A stretch of DNA of 64,000 nt from Thermoplasmata archaeon (GCA_052326485.1 JBKQMS010000019.1:34-64033); one strand, 5' to 3'. Numbered from the stretch's first letter, positions 47,142 to 57,649 are shown. The notes: a model not told the origin generated them from the letters alone. A program made the numbers and translations.

Positions 47142-48548
47142 ATGCGGTTCCTCGTGGTCGGCGGCGGCGCCCGAGAACATGCCATCGCCCTCGCGCTCCA
47201 CCGGGCGGGCTCCGAGCTCCTGGTCGCGAGCTCGAACGCGAACCCCGGTCTCGAGCAGCTCGCCCGAGGGTCCGCCCGGGTCGACCCCACGGACGCTGCC
47301 CGGGTCGTCGCGTTCGCGAAGGAGGCGCGGGCCGAAGCGGCGGTGATCGGGCCGGAGGCCCCGCTTGCGGCCGGGGTCGCGGACGCGCTGCGCGCCGCGG
47401 GGATCCCTACGGTCGGCCCCGACCGGGCCGCCGCCCAGATCGAAACCTCGAAGTTGTTCTGCCGCGAGCTCCTCCAGCGACACGGGATCGCCGGACAGCC
47501 GCAGTTCGCCGCTCCGACGACCGCCGACGAGGTCGACCGGGCCGTGGCCGGGTTCCCGGGTCCCTTCGTCGTGAAGCCGAGCGGCCTCACCGCAGGAAAG
47601 GGGGTCTGGGTCCAGGGGTCCGACTTCCTCGATGCGAAAGAAGGGGCGGTCTACGCGAAGTCGATCCTCGCCCAGGGCCAGCGGGTCCTCCTCGAGGAGA
47701 AGCTCGAAGGCGAGGAGTTCAGCCAGATGGCGTTCGTGACCGACTCCGGCGTCTACCCGTTGCCCGCGGTCCAGGACTTCAAGAGGGCGCTCGAGGGGGA
47801 CCACGGTCGGAACACGGGCGGCATGGGGTCGTACTCCCAGCGGGACCACCTCCTGCCGTTCCTCTCGGCGGCCGACCGGGACCTCGCGATCGGGCTCATC
47901 GAGAAGACGGCCGCGACGCTTCGCGCGGAGGGCCTCCCGTACCGCGGGATCCTCTATGGCGGCTTCATGCTGACCGCGAACGGCCCTCGTCTCGTCGAGT
48001 TCAACGCTCGGCTCGGCGACCCCGAGGGGATCAACGCTCTTGCGCTCTACGAGCCGGGCGACTTCGCCGCGCTCCTCTACGGGGTCGCCACTGGCAAGGT
48101 CGACCCCAACCTCGTACGGTTCCAGCTCCGAGCGACGGTCGTCAAGTACGTCGTGCCCCCCGGGTACGGGGATCGGCCGAAGTCCGGAGGTCTTGTCACG
48201 GTCGACGCGGGCGCCATCGAGGCCGCCGGGGTCCATCTCGTGTACGGCAGCGTGGACGCCGCCGGCCCGGGCATCGTGCGCCTGAGCTCCTCCCGCGGCC
48301 TCGCGCTGGTCGGTGAGGCGAGCGCGATCCACGAGGCCGGGAGCCGCGTCGAGGCCGCCCTCGCCTACGTGAAGGGCGACTACTACGTCCGCCACGACAT
48401 CGGGACGAAGGAAGACCTCACCCGCCGTTGGGAGCACATGCGCAAGCTTCTGGCCCCGAACGCGAAGCCTTCCCCGATCCCGCTCTCCGTCGCGTCCCCC
48501 GAGGCCCCTCCCTCGAGCGCGGGGGCCCCGGACCAGGTGATCGGCTGA
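47142..48548 (+). CDS. purD: Phosphoribosylamine-glycine ligase
   Basis: GGGAREHA, IGPEAPL, GLTAGKGV, NTGGMG, EFNARLGDPE. Confidence 0.96.
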   Translation: MRFLVVGGGAREHAIALALHRAGSELLVASSNANPGLEQLARGSARVDPTDAARVVAFAKEARAEAAVIGPEAPLAAGVADALRAAGIPTVGPDRAAAQIETSKLFCRELLQRHGIAGQPQFAAPTTADEVDRAVAGFPGPFVVKPSGLTAGKGVWVQGSDFLDAKEGAVYAKSILAQGQRVLLEEKLEGEEFSQMAFVTDSGVYPLPAVQDFKRALEGDHGRNTGGMGSYSQRDHLLPFLSAADRDLAIGLIEKTAATLRAEGLPYRGILYGGFMLTANGPRLVEFNARLGDPEGINALALYEPGDFAALLYGVATGKVDPNLVRFQLRATVVKYVVPPGYGDRPKSGGLVTVDAGAIEAAGVHLVYGSVDAAGPGIVRLSSSRGLALVGEASAIHEAGSRVEAALAYVKGDYYVRHDIGTKEDLTRRWEHMRKLLAPNAKPSPIPLSVASPEAPPSSAGAPDQVIG

Positions 48549-48603
48549 GGACCGACCAGCGAAGCGTCAAATACCGCGCCCCCGCTTTCTCGGACCCCTC
48601 ACC

Positions 48604-48915
48604 ATGTTCTGCCCTTCCTGCAAGCGACTCATGCGCCCCGACCGCGCCGCGGGGGTCTGGAACTGCTCGGCGTGCGGGAAGAAGGTCCCGCTCGGCCGCG
48701 GGGTCGAGGTCCGGCAGACCGATGCGAGCGGGCGGGGCAAGGTCGCGGTCGTCGAGACGAAGCACGTTACCCTGCCGAAGACCGAGGAGACCTGCCCGAA
48801 GTGTTCGAACGGCGAGGCGTACTGGGTGCTGCGGCAGACGCGCGGGTCTGACGAGCCCGAGACGCGGATCTTCGAATGCACGAAGTGCGGCCACAAGTGG
48901 CGGGAGTACTCGTGA
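48604..48915 (+). CDS. tfs: Transcription elongation factor S (TFS/RpoM)
   Basis: MFCPSC…CPKC…QTRGSDEPET…C..CGHKWREY. Confidence 0.95.
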   Translation: MFCPSCKRLMRPDRAAGVWNCSACGKKVPLGRGVEVRQTDASGRGKVAVVETKHVTLPKTEETCPKCSNGEAYWVLRQTRGSDEPETRIFECTKCGHKWREYS

Positions 48916-50216
48916 GCGCTCCGACCATCGACCGAGTCGCCCGGGTGTTCGCTCCCGACGCGCTCGGCACGGCCGTACGCCTCCGGGGCTGGGTCCTGCG
49001 GACCCGCTCCTCCGGGGGGATCCTCTTCCTCGTCCTGCGGGACCGGACCGGGGTGGTCCAGGTGACGGCCCGCCGGGACGCGCTCGGTGACGAGGCGTTC
49101 TCGGCCGCCGAGCACGTGCAGATCGAGGGCGCGGTGTTGGCCGAGGGGACGGTGGCCGAGGACCGGAGGGCCCCGGAAGGACGCGAGGTCCGAGCGACCC
49201 GGATCGGGGTGATCGATTCGGGAGAGCCGTTCCCCATCTTCTCCGACCAGACCGAGGAGTTCCTGCTCGACCAACGCCACCTCGCGATCCGCTCCCAGGA
49301 GAACGTCGCCATCTTCCGCGTGAAGGCCGAGCTCCTGCGGGCGTTCCGGGAGTTCCTCGAGCGAGAGGACGTCCTCGAGATGACCCCGCCGATCCTCACG
49401 GGGAACGCCGCGGAGGGAGGCTCCGAGGCGTTCCAGTTCGACTACTTCGGCCGTCCGGGGTACCTCTCCCAGACCGCCCAGCTCTACCTCGAGGCGCTCC
49501 TGTTCCCGCACGAGCGGGTCTACGCGCTGACCCCTTCGTTCCGCGCCGAGAAGTCCCGGACCCCACGGCACCTCACCGAGTTCCTGAACCTCGAGATCGA
49601 GCTCGCCTGGTGCGACCTTGACGGTCTCCTCGACTTCATCGAGCGGATGATGGTCTCGGCCATCCACGCGGTCGCGCAGCGCCGCCCGAAGGAGCTCAAG
49701 GCGCTCGGTCGACCTCCCGAAGAGCTCCTCGCGATCCGCGCCCCGTTCCCACGGATCCATTATGCGGAGGCGATCGAGCGGCTCGTGAAGCTCGGCTTCC
49801 CGGTCCAGTTCGGGAGCGACCTCGGCACGGCCGAGGAGCGGGCGCTCACGCTCGAGAGCGCGTCGCCGCTCTTCGTCACGCACTACCCTCGCGAGCTGAA
49901 GGCGTTCTACATGCTCCGCTCGTCCGACGACCCGCGCACCGTCGAAGCGACGGACCTCCTCGGCCCCGAAGGGTACGGCGAGATCGTCGGCGCTTCGTGC
50001 CGTGAGACCGACATCGCCCGTCTGAAGGAACGGATCGCGCAGGTCGGCGCGAAGACCGAGGAGTACGAGTGGTACCTCGACCTTCGCCGACACGGCAACG
50101 TCCCCCACGCCGGCTTCGGCCTCGGGGTCGAGCGGGTCCTGCGCTGGATGCTCCGTCGCGAGCACATTCGCGACACGACGCCGTTCCCCCGCACTCCGTC
50201 CCGCAATACTCCGTGA
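48912..50216 (+). CDS. asnS: Asparaginyl-tRNA synthetase
   Basis: OB domain, AAEGGS, YLSQTAQLYLE, FRAEKSRT.RHLTEF, GYGEIVG, WYLDLR, GFGLGVER. Confidence 0.92.
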   Translation: MSAPTIDRVARVFAPDALGTAVRLRGWVLRTRSSGGILFLVLRDRTGVVQVTARRDALGDEAFSAAEHVQIEGAVLAEGTVAEDRRAPEGREVRATRIGVIDSGEPFPIFSDQTEEFLLDQRHLAIRSQENVAIFRVKAELLRAFREFLEREDVLEMTPPILTGNAAEGGSEAFQFDYFGRPGYLSQTAQLYLEALLFPHERVYALTPSFRAEKSRTPRHLTEFLNLEIELAWCDLDGLLDFIERMMVSAIHAVAQRRPKELKALGRPPEELLAIRAPFPRIHYAEAIERLVKLGFPVQFGSDLGTAEERALTLESASPLFVTHYPRELKAFYMLRSSDDPRTVEATDLLGPEGYGEIVGASCRETDIARLKERIAQVGAKTEEYEWYLDLRRHGNVPHAGFGLGVERVLRWMLRREHIRDTTPFPRTPSRNTP

Positions 50217-50315
50217 CCGGACGCTCGTCGCGAGCGTTTCCAGGCGAGGGCGTGGGCAACGTTCAAGAGCGGTCGCGCGCTTACGGAAGTACACTCCCCC
50301 GACGGAGAACCTAGA

Positions 50316-50849
50316 GTGGCACCAGAGCAGGAAGCGGTCCGGGGAGGCGAGCGCTCGGGACCCCCGACCGAGAAACCGTCGGGCGCCGTCGTAGTCGAAC
50401 GGATCACCCACCAGGACGTCCCGGCGATCTGCGGCCTCTATCGTAAGGTCTGGGACCCGGCCCCCTCCGGCGTGCCCCCCGAACTCGTGAAGGCGTGGCA
50501 GCCAACCCCGCTCGAGTTCACGAGCTGGATGGGGGGTGTCACGTACTTCGCGGCCCGGAAGGACGGCCGCTTGGTGGGCGTGGTCGGTTGCGAGCTCCGC
50601 CACGGGAGCTGTCGGATGGTGCACCTCGTGGTCGACCCGGAGTTCCGGCGCCAGGGCGTGGCGACCGCGCTCGTCGGGGTCGCGGTCGAATGGACGAAGA
50701 AGGGGAACGTCGCATCGATCTGGGTCGATTCGCTCCACGGCCTCGAGTCGGCGACGGGGCTCTTCCGACGCCTCGGCTTCACCCTCGTGGGCGTGCTCCA
50801 CCAGCACGAGTGGGGCGAAGACGTCAACTTCTGGGAACGGCTCGTTTAG
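50316..50849 (+). CDS. GNAT-family N-acetyltransferase
   Basis: LVVDPEFRRQGVATAL, FRRLGF. Confidence 0.88.
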   Translation: MAPEQEAVRGGERSGPPTEKPSGAVVVERITHQDVPAICGLYRKVWDPAPSGVPPELVKAWQPTPLEFTSWMGGVTYFAARKDGRLVGVVGCELRHGSCRMVHLVVDPEFRRQGVATALVGVAVEWTKKGNVASIWVDSLHGLESATGLFRRLGFTLVGVLHQHEWGEDVNFWERLV

Positions 50850-51859
50850 GGGGAAAGGGCCGAGCGCGGGGCCGGCCGGTTCGGCGGCATTCCGTGCCGC
50901 TGCTGGAGCCCCCGTAGCCGACGGACCCCGTCCTCCGGACGACCGCGGAAGAACTCCCGAGCGCCGCGCGCGAGCTCGATTGCCTCGAGCTCGGTCGCGA
51001 CCCCGTGCGCCCGTTCGCTGAGCAGGTAGTCGCCGTACTCGGAGATGTACTGGGGAAGGCCCGCCTTGAGCCGGGTGACGGCCTGAAGACGGATCGCGCG
51101 GATCTGCTGCTTCAGCGCGGCGAGCTTTCCGGCCCGAAGCTCGCTCTCGAGGTCGTCCGCGACCTCGGTCGAGTCCTGCGGCGGCTCGATCCCGAGGGCC
51201 TGCATGTCGTGGAGGAGGGCGATGACCCGTTCGAGCTCCTCCCGAGCTTGGTCGAGGTGCCGTTCCTTGAGCGTCACGACCCGGTCGACCTGCTGGAATG
51301 ACGAGAGCGCCTGGGCGACGTCGCCACTCCGGGCCGAGTGCAGCGCGTCCTCGATCTGGTCCCGCTCGAGTCGGCTGTCCACCGCGTAGGCCTCCAGACG
51401 GGTGAGACGGGCTTTCGTCCGCTTCTCCCATTCCTCGAACGCTCCGACGACCCGCTTCTGGGCGATCCGCTCGATCCCGCGGACGACCTCGGCCCACGGC
51501 TCGGGGTTGGTGGCCGCCCGCGCAGACTCCTCGGCCCACGGCGGGAGCCTCGGGAGCTGCACCCCGAGCGCCTGGACCCCCTCCGCCCACTGGTTGAGCC
51601 GTGTGAGACGACGCCCGAGCTCGGCCGAGAACGGGTTCGGTCCCTCCGCGGTGCCGGCCCGCGCGGAGCGAGGGGGAGCGGCGCGTCGGGGCGGGGGTTC
51701 GTCGGTCATCGGGGCGGGGAGCGCCACGACCGGTGCGGGGGGCACCACGCTCCCCGCGAAGGTGGTCTCGACGAGGAGACTGTGGCACTCGGGACAAACC
51801 AGGGCCTCCACGGGGACCGTCGCCCCACATTTCGGGCAGACCGCGGTTTCCTCGGCCAT
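50846..51859 (-). CDS. Hypothetical protein: N-terminal zinc ribbon, Pro-rich linker, long alpha-helical domain
   Basis: CPKCG…CPEC followed by an E/R/L/A-rich helical region. Confidence 0.75.
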   Translation of the reverse strand: MAEETAVCPKCGATVPVEALVCPECHSLLVETTFAGSVVPPAPVVALPAPMTDEPPPRRAAPPRSARAGTAEGPNPFSAELGRRLTRLNQWAEGVQALGVQLPRLPPWAEESARAATNPEPWAEVVRGIERIAQKRVVGAFEEWEKRTKARLTRLEAYAVDSRLERDQIEDALHSARSGDVAQALSSFQQVDRVVTLKERHLDQAREELERVIALLHDMQALGIEPPQDSTEVADDLESELRAGKLAALKQQIRAIRLQAVTRLKAGLPQYISEYGDYLLSERAHGVATELEAIELARGAREFFRGRPEDGVRRLRGLQQRHGMPPNRPAPRSALSP

Positions 51860-51988
51860 CCGATCGAGAAGATACAGGCGTGCAGGGCCTTAAAGCACAA
51901 GTTGCCCCGGGGCTCCCCGCCCCCGGCCCCTCTCCCTCGCCCCCGCCACCGATTTCCCCCTCGGTTGGCGCGGGGCCGGTCCTCGGAC

Positions 51989-53905
51989 TTAGCGAGAGGA
52001 TCGGGGCGGGCGCGAGACTCCGCCGTGTCGTCCCGCGCGCCGCTCCGTGAAGAACCGCTCCACCACGTTGAGGTGGCGCAGCATGGCCGTCTTCTTCGCC
52101 TGGTGCGACTGCATCCGTCGCAGGATGCTGTCGAGAGCGCTGACCGCCACCCCGATGTGGGGGCCCTTGTTCAGCATGACGCACTCGGCCCGGACCCCCA
52201 TCGCGGCGTCCGTCACCTCCGCGCGCGACGGGAGCCCGGTCCTTGTGAGCCCCTCGAGGACCTGCGTGGCCCAGATGGAGGGGAGATGGGCGGCCTCGCA
52301 AAGCCAGAGGATCTCTTCCTGAACTTCGGCGAGCCGTTCGTAGCCGACCTCGACCGCCAGGTCGCCGCGCGCGATCATCACGCCGACCGGCGGCTGACGG
52401 ATGGCCGCGAGCAGGATCCCGGGAAGCTCCTCGAACGCCCGCCGTGTCTCGACCTTGAGGATGATGCCCATCCGCGGACGGCCGAGGCGGGTGAGCTCCT
52501 CCCGAAGTCGGCCGAGGTCGGTCGCGGTCTGAACGAACGAATAGCCGACCAGGTCGGCGTGGCGGGCGATGAACCGGAGGTCGTCCCGGTCCTTCGCGGA
52601 GATCGCCGGTATCTCGATCTCCGAATCCGGGAAGTTGATCCCCTTGTCGGCCCCGAGCCACGCCCCCAACGGAGGGGCGTGCGTGACCTCGACCTGGAGT
52701 CGGTCCGCGTTGGCCGACCGAACGATGCCGCCGATCCGACCGTCGTCGAACCAGATCGATTGGTCGTGGCGCACGAACCCGAACGCCTCCGGGGCCGTGC
52801 ACGCGATGTGGGCGGGTCGGAGGACGTTACCATCTGCGTCCCGACGGGCCTCCTCGCCCGGGTCGGGACGGGCGGTGACCGTGATACGGTCGCCGACCCG
52901 AAGGCGTATGCGCTGTTCCATGGGCGTGACAGGCCCGACCGAGGCCAGGTCCTCCTGTCCGCTGACTAGGGTCGCGACGAGCCGGGTCCCTGTCGTGAGG
53001 TAGCACGTCTTTCCCATCTCGGCCCGGTACCGAGACCCCGTGCGCTCGACGAGCCGAAGCGTGCGACGGGCACCGCGCGCGTCGATGAAGTCGACCAGCT
53101 CTCGCAGGCGACGCCGGCGAAGCCAACCCCCCGAGACCGTCACGGTCTCTTGGCCGGAGGATTCTGGTGGGAATCTCGAGTACGGAGCGAGCCAGACGGA
53201 GGCGGGGACCGTCACGTGCCCGACCGCATCGCGCTTGGGCCGCAATTTCATGACCGCCGGCCCGGGCCGGATCGTTCCCGTACGGATCTTCGGTCCCGCG
53301 AGGTCCATCTCGATCCGGCAGTGACGCCCGACGGCGCGCTCGGCCCGCTGGAGATGCGCGATCATCCGGGCCCATTCGGCGGGCTTCTCATGGGCGCAGT
53401 TGATCCGGGCGCAGTCCATCCCTCCCTCGACCAGGTCCCGGACGAGCCCGTAATCGGTGGCCGCCTCGGCGGGCATCGTCACCATGATCCGCACGGCCCG
53501 CCCGGGCCGCGTCGGGCCGAGTAGCCGCCGAGCGTTCCGCGCGAGGATCCGTCGACCCCGTTCGGGGTCCGGAACCGGTGGAGCGGGGCGAACGGCGGGA
53601 GACCGGCCGCGAAGCCGGTCGAGCCCGCCGAGCACCGCGTCTAGGTTGTACAGGACGTGGCTCTCCGACCGGCCGAGCGACGACAGGCCCCAGTGTGAGA
53701 GACGGGTCTGGTCGCGACGCAGGTCGAACCGACGGAAGGCGAGGTAGTGCAGCAGGTTTCGCGCGCTGTCCCTCTGCGAGCCATACGGGGTGAGGTCGAC
53801 CGCCTGCTCGAGCTCGATCAGGCTCGCTCGCAGACGCTCGAGCCGCGTCGCCAGCAGCCCTAGGGCACTCGCCGCCGGGGAAATAGGGCCGGCACGCTGG
53901 ACCAT
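51989..53905 (-). CDS. pyk: Pyruvate kinase (long bacterial-type variant)
   Basis: ARINCAH, DLAGPKIRTG, FDDG, KGIN, LKVET, MIARGDL, WATQVLE, PSRAEVTD, CVMLNKG. Confidence 0.9.
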   Translation of the reverse strand: MVQRAGPISPAASALGLLATRLERLRASLIELEQAVDLTPYGSQRDSARNLLHYLAFRRFDLRRDQTRLSHWGLSSLGRSESHVLYNLDAVLGGLDRLRGRSPAVRPAPPVPDPERGRRILARNARRLLGPTRPGRAVRIMVTMPAEAATDYGLVRDLVEGGMDCARINCAHEKPAEWARMIAHLQRAERAVGRHCRIEMDLAGPKIRTGTIRPGPAVMKLRPKRDAVGHVTVPASVWLAPYSRFPPESSGQETVTVSGGWLRRRRLRELVDFIDARGARRTLRLVERTGSRYRAEMGKTCYLTTGTRLVATLVSGQEDLASVGPVTPMEQRIRLRVGDRITVTARPDPGEEARRDADGNVLRPAHIACTAPEAFGFVRHDQSIWFDDGRIGGIVRSANADRLQVEVTHAPPLGAWLGADKGINFPDSEIEIPAISAKDRDDLRFIARHADLVGYSFVQTATDLGRLREELTRLGRPRMGIILKVETRRAFEELPGILLAAIRQPPVGVMIARGDLAVEVGYERLAEVQEEILWLCEAAHLPSIWATQVLEGLTRTGLPSRAEVTDAAMGVRAECVMLNKGPHIGVAVSALDSILRRMQSHQAKKTAMLRHLNVVERFFTERRAGRHGGVSRPPRSSR

Positions 53906-54191
53906 CGGTAGCGCCAGTCAACAATGGTAGAAAGTATAGTCGGGGGTACCACTGGGTGGAACAGACTCCCCCCCACCCACAGTGGTCGGCGAGACGAGTC
54001 GGAGGCCGCGATATCATGGGTCGAAGGAAACCCAGGGTCCCCCCTCCGGACGAGAAGGGGCGGCCACCCACCGATATCGTGTGGGGTCTGCGACGTCACA
54101 CCACGCGTGTCGACGGGCGCATCGTTCCGGGTCTCGCGTCAAGAGAACGTGACCCGTGGCTTAACTAGCATCGATGCGGAGTACGGCGACG

Positions 54192-54446
54192 ATGGCGAGC
54201 ACGCTGACCAACGAGATTCCGAAGTCCCGGGTCGTCGTGGATGCGGAACGGTGCAAGGGCTGCGACCTCTGCGTCGTGGCGTGCCCGCAGCAGAACCTGC
54301 ACCTCTCTGGCTCCCTGAACCGGAGTGGCTACCACCCGGCCGAGTTCGAGTATCACGGGAAGAAGGGCGCGTGCACGGCGTGCGGCATCTGCTACTGGGT
54401 CTGCCCGGACTTCGCAATCATCGAGGTGTCGAGGTGGAAAGCATGA
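54192..54446 (+). CDS. 2x[4Fe-4S] ferredoxin-like delta subunit of 2-oxoacid:ferredoxin oxidoreductase
   Basis: CKGCDLCVVACP and CTACGICYWVCPD. Confidence 0.92.
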   Translation: MASTLTNEIPKSRVVVDAERCKGCDLCVVACPQQNLHLSGSLNRSGYHPAEFEYHGKKGACTACGICYWVCPDFAIIEVSRWKA

Positions 54447-55510
54447 CCACGGCGCGCGACTTCCTCAAGGGAAACGAGGCTTTGGCCTACGGGGCTCTCC
54501 GGACAGGGTTGAATGCCTTCTTCGGGTATCCTATCACACCCTCGAGCGAGATTCCGGAGACCCTCGCGGTCGAGTTCGGCAATCCGCAGTACCCCGCGTT
54601 CAAGATCTTCCTGCAGGCGGCGAGCGAGATCGAGGCCATCAACATGGTCATCGGAGCGGCCGCGACCGGGGCGAAGGTGATGGCCGCCACCTCCGGTCCC
54701 GGGTTCAGCCTGAAGCAGGAGGGGATCTCCTTCGCCTCGGGGATGGAGCTCCCGATGCTCATCGTCGATGTGAACCGAGGCGGGCCGGGCCTTGGGAACC
54801 TCGGGCCGGAGCAGTCGGACTACTTCCAGGCCACTAAGGGAGGGGGCCATGGGGGATACCGCACGATCGTTCTCGCGCCGAGCTCGGTGCCCGAGATGGC
54901 GTCCTTCCCCGCGCTCGCGTTCTCTCTCGCGTTCCAGTATCGAACCCCGGTGATTATCCTCACCGACGCGTTCTTGGGCCAGCTCAAGGAGGACCTCATG
55001 TTTCCCGAGGTCCCGGCCCCGGTGTTCGACACCTCGTGGGCGACCACCGGCGCCCGAGGCCCCGAGCGGCACGTCATTTCCTCGATGCATCTTGACCTCC
55101 CGGAGTTGAGCCGCCATTCAGAGCATCTCCGGTCCAAGTTCGAGGAGGTAGACCGCCGGGAGCAGAGGTCCGAGAAGTTTGAGACCGATGACGCGGACAT
55201 CATCATAGTCGCCTACGGGATCTGCGCGCGCCTGTGCCAGCGCGCGGTCGGAGCGCTCCGCGCAAAGGGGATCCGAGCCGGTCTCCTGCGACCGATCACC
55301 CTCTCCCCCTTCCCGAAGGGGGAGCTCGCGGCGTTCGTCGAGCGCGGGGTCCAGAAGTTCCTCGTGGTCGAGCTCAACACGGGCCAGATGCTGCAGGACG
55401 TGCAGCTCGCGACCGGCGGCCGGGCCCGGATCGGGTCGCTGCAACGGGTCGGAGGCCTGATTCCTTCGCCCTCAGAGATCGTTCGCGAGGTGGAGGTGAT
55501 GGTCCGATGA
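54443..55510 (+). CDS. 2-oxoacid:ferredoxin oxidoreductase alpha subunit (VorB/KorA-like)
   Basis: KGNEA, GYPITPSSE, TSGPGFSLKQE, RGGPGLG, KGGGHG, VELNTGQM. Confidence 0.93.
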   Translation: MTTARDFLKGNEALAYGALRTGLNAFFGYPITPSSEIPETLAVEFGNPQYPAFKIFLQAASEIEAINMVIGAAATGAKVMAATSGPGFSLKQEGISFASGMELPMLIVDVNRGGPGLGNLGPEQSDYFQATKGGGHGGYRTIVLAPSSVPEMASFPALAFSLAFQYRTPVIILTDAFLGQLKEDLMFPEVPAPVFDTSWATTGARGPERHVISSMHLDLPELSRHSEHLRSKFEEVDRREQRSEKFETDDADIIIVAYGICARLCQRAVGALRAKGIRAGLLRPITLSPFPKGELAAFVERGVQKFLVVELNTGQMLQDVQLATGGRARIGSLQRVGGLIPSPSEIVREVEVMVR

Positions 55511-56307
55511 TCGACATCGAAGGGCACTACGAGGTTAAGCTCGGCCCGCTACCCACGCTGACCGGCAAGCCCACGCATTATTGCGCCGGGTGCGAACACG
55601 GAACCCTGACGCGGCTCATCGCGTCCGCCCTTCATGAATTGCATGCGCGGGAACGAACGGTTCTCGTCGACTCGGTCGGGTGCAGCGTTCTCGCTCACGA
55701 GTATCTGAACGTCGATGCCATCCAGTCCCCCCACGGACGGGCGCCGGCCGTGATGACGGGCATCAAGCGGATGCGCCCCGACCTCCTGGTCTTCGCGGTC
55801 CAGGGAGACGGGGACGCGGTCTCGATCGGCCTATCCGAGCTCATCTACGCGGCGAACCGGGGCGAGCCGATCACCGTCTTCCTCGTCAACAACGGGATCT
55901 ACGGCATGACCGGCGGCCAAATGGCTCCCACCACGCCGGAGGGCATGGTCACCATGACCTCGCCGCACGGGAGGGACATCGCTACCACCGGGGCACCGAT
56001 CGACGCGTCGAAGCTGCTTGCGACGTTCGAGGCGCCGGCGTACGTGAAGCGGGTGCTCCTGCCCGTGACTCCGACCCCGGCGACCGACTTCTACAACGCT
56101 CGCGGATCGATCGAAGGCGCCCGAAGCGTTCGGAACGCGTTCCGGGTACAGGAGATGGGCGGATTCTCCTTCGTCGAGTTCGTCAGCACCTGCAACGTCA
56201 ACTGGAAGATGTCGATTCTGAAGTCGAAGCAGTACGCGGCCGACGTGTTGGCGAAAGTCTTCCCTCCGGGGCTCTTCAGGGACAAGTTCGGGGTGGAGAA
56301 GCGATGA
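55507..56307 (+). CDS. 2-oxoacid:ferredoxin oxidoreductase beta (TPP-binding) subunit
   Basis: HYCAGCEHG, VGCS, HGRAP, QGDGD, NNGIYGMTGGQ. Confidence 0.93.
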   Translation: MIDIEGHYEVKLGPLPTLTGKPTHYCAGCEHGTLTRLIASALHELHARERTVLVDSVGCSVLAHEYLNVDAIQSPHGRAPAVMTGIKRMRPDLLVFAVQGDGDAVSIGLSELIYAANRGEPITVFLVNNGIYGMTGGQMAPTTPEGMVTMTSPHGRDIATTGAPIDASKLLATFEAPAYVKRVLLPVTPTPATDFYNARGSIEGARSVRNAFRVQEMGGFSFVEFVSTCNVNWKMSILKSKQYAADVLAKVFPPGLFRDKFGVEKR

Positions 56308-56933
56308 AGATCGAGACGATCCTCGCCGGCCACGGAGGCCAAGGGGTTCTGGAGCTCGCGAACTGGCTCGCCTACTTCAACCTCGTCCGGGGGCGGCACG
56401 TCGCCTACACTCCGTCCTACGGTCCCGAGACCCGCGGAGGGAAGGTGAAGTGCTATGTCGTCAGCTCCGACGAGCGGATCGATTCCCCCATCGTCGAGGA
56501 CCCCGATATCCTGGTCGTGATGAACCGCCCCTCGCTGGACTTTCTTCCCCTCCTCAAGGCGGGAGGAACCCTCTTGGTCAACAGCTCGCTCGTGAAGGAA
56601 GGCCCCCGACGCGACGACGTGACGGTCGTGGAGGTACCCGCGACCGAGATCGCCGGCGGGCTGCGCGAGTACAGCCCGGAGAAAGGCAAGGACACGGCGA
56701 TAGCGGCGAACAGCGTGATGTTCGGGGCCTGCCTCGCCGTCAGCGGCGAGAACCTCCGAAACGAGATCGAGGGGATCCGGGAGGTCTTCGGCCACTTCTT
56801 GACCGGACGGAAGGCCGCGTACATCCCCCTGAACGTGAAGGCCGTGGAGGAGGGGTTCGAGCACGTGACCCGCGCGCGCTCGGCGGAACCGTTCCCCAAG
56901 AGTTCGGTTCCCCTTCCCCGACCTGCGCCGTGA
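56304..56933 (+). CDS. 2-oxoacid:ferredoxin oxidoreductase gamma subunit
   Basis: AGHGGQG, PSYGPETRGG, LLVNSS, NSVMFGA, N.KAVEEG. Confidence 0.93.
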   Translation: MKIETILAGHGGQGVLELANWLAYFNLVRGRHVAYTPSYGPETRGGKVKCYVVSSDERIDSPIVEDPDILVVMNRPSLDFLPLLKAGGTLLVNSSLVKEGPRRDDVTVVEVPATEIAGGLREYSPEKGKDTAIAANSVMFGACLAVSGENLRNEIEGIREVFGHFLTGRKAAYIPLNVKAVEEGFEHVTRARSAEPFPKSSVPLPRPAP

Positions 56934-57094
56934 TCCCACTTGCGAACATCCGATAACGGGCTCCGGTAACGTTCCGTTGGGCCCCCCTTACACAACCCCG
57001 TCGTAAGACGAAGGCGTGTGACCCGGGCGAAGGACCCGGACTTCGACCGGGTGCCCCATTCGAAATAGGCCCTGGATCATCTGGGTGCGGGAGC

Positions 57095-57513
57095 ATGAAG
57101 AAGGGCGCCTCGCGGAACGCCGAGTCCCCCTCTACGGGGATCGACGCGAGAATCGCGGGATCACCCGACTGGCGACGGGAGATGCTCTCCCGAATCCGCC
57201 GGCTCATCGAGGAGGCCGACCCCGAGGCGGTCGAGGAGCGGAAATGGAGGAAACCATCGAAGCCCGCCGGCGTTCCGGTGTGGTACCACGACGGGATCAT
57301 TTGCCACACGGAGGCCTTCAAGGACCACGTGAGGCTGACCTTCCTCAAGGGCGCCTCTCTGAAGGACCCGAAAGGCCTCTTCAACTCCGGCCTCAAGGCA
57401 ATGCTCTGCGGGCGATCGTCATCCATCAAGGAGACGGAATCGACGACGAGGGCATCAAGTCCCTTATCCGCGCCGCAGCAGCCCTGAACGCGTCCTCAGC
57501 CCGAGGTCGATAA
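57095..57513 (+). pseudogene. DUF1801 (YdhG-like) gene with a frameshift near 57395
   Basis: Frame 1 gives DWR…EADP…KWRKP…GVPVW.HDG…LFNSGL; the expected tail GNALRAIVIHQGD.IDDEGIKSLIRAA..LN is in another frame. Confidence 0.75.
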
Positions 57514-57649
57514 CGGAACCGCAATCCGCGCGTGAGACGAGGCCCGATCGCGAGGAGCGCGCGGGTGGCTCAAGGGGCGCAGCCGAGATGAGTCTTGTTC
57601 GGAAACCCACCGGTTTTGCGAGGTCGGAAGGTTCTTCTCTTGAACGTCA

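Noticed and set aside
51881-51887. TGCAGGG matching the tRNA-Leu 3' end as a possible att partner
   Set aside because: Only 7 nt, which is expected by chance.
48567-52802. 1411-aa minus-strand ORF and many other long alternative-frame ORFs (e.g. 4208-6226, 40609-42417, 60590-62626)
   Set aside because: They overlap well-supported genes, are R/G/P-rich or antisense mirror frames, and are expected in very GC-rich DNA.
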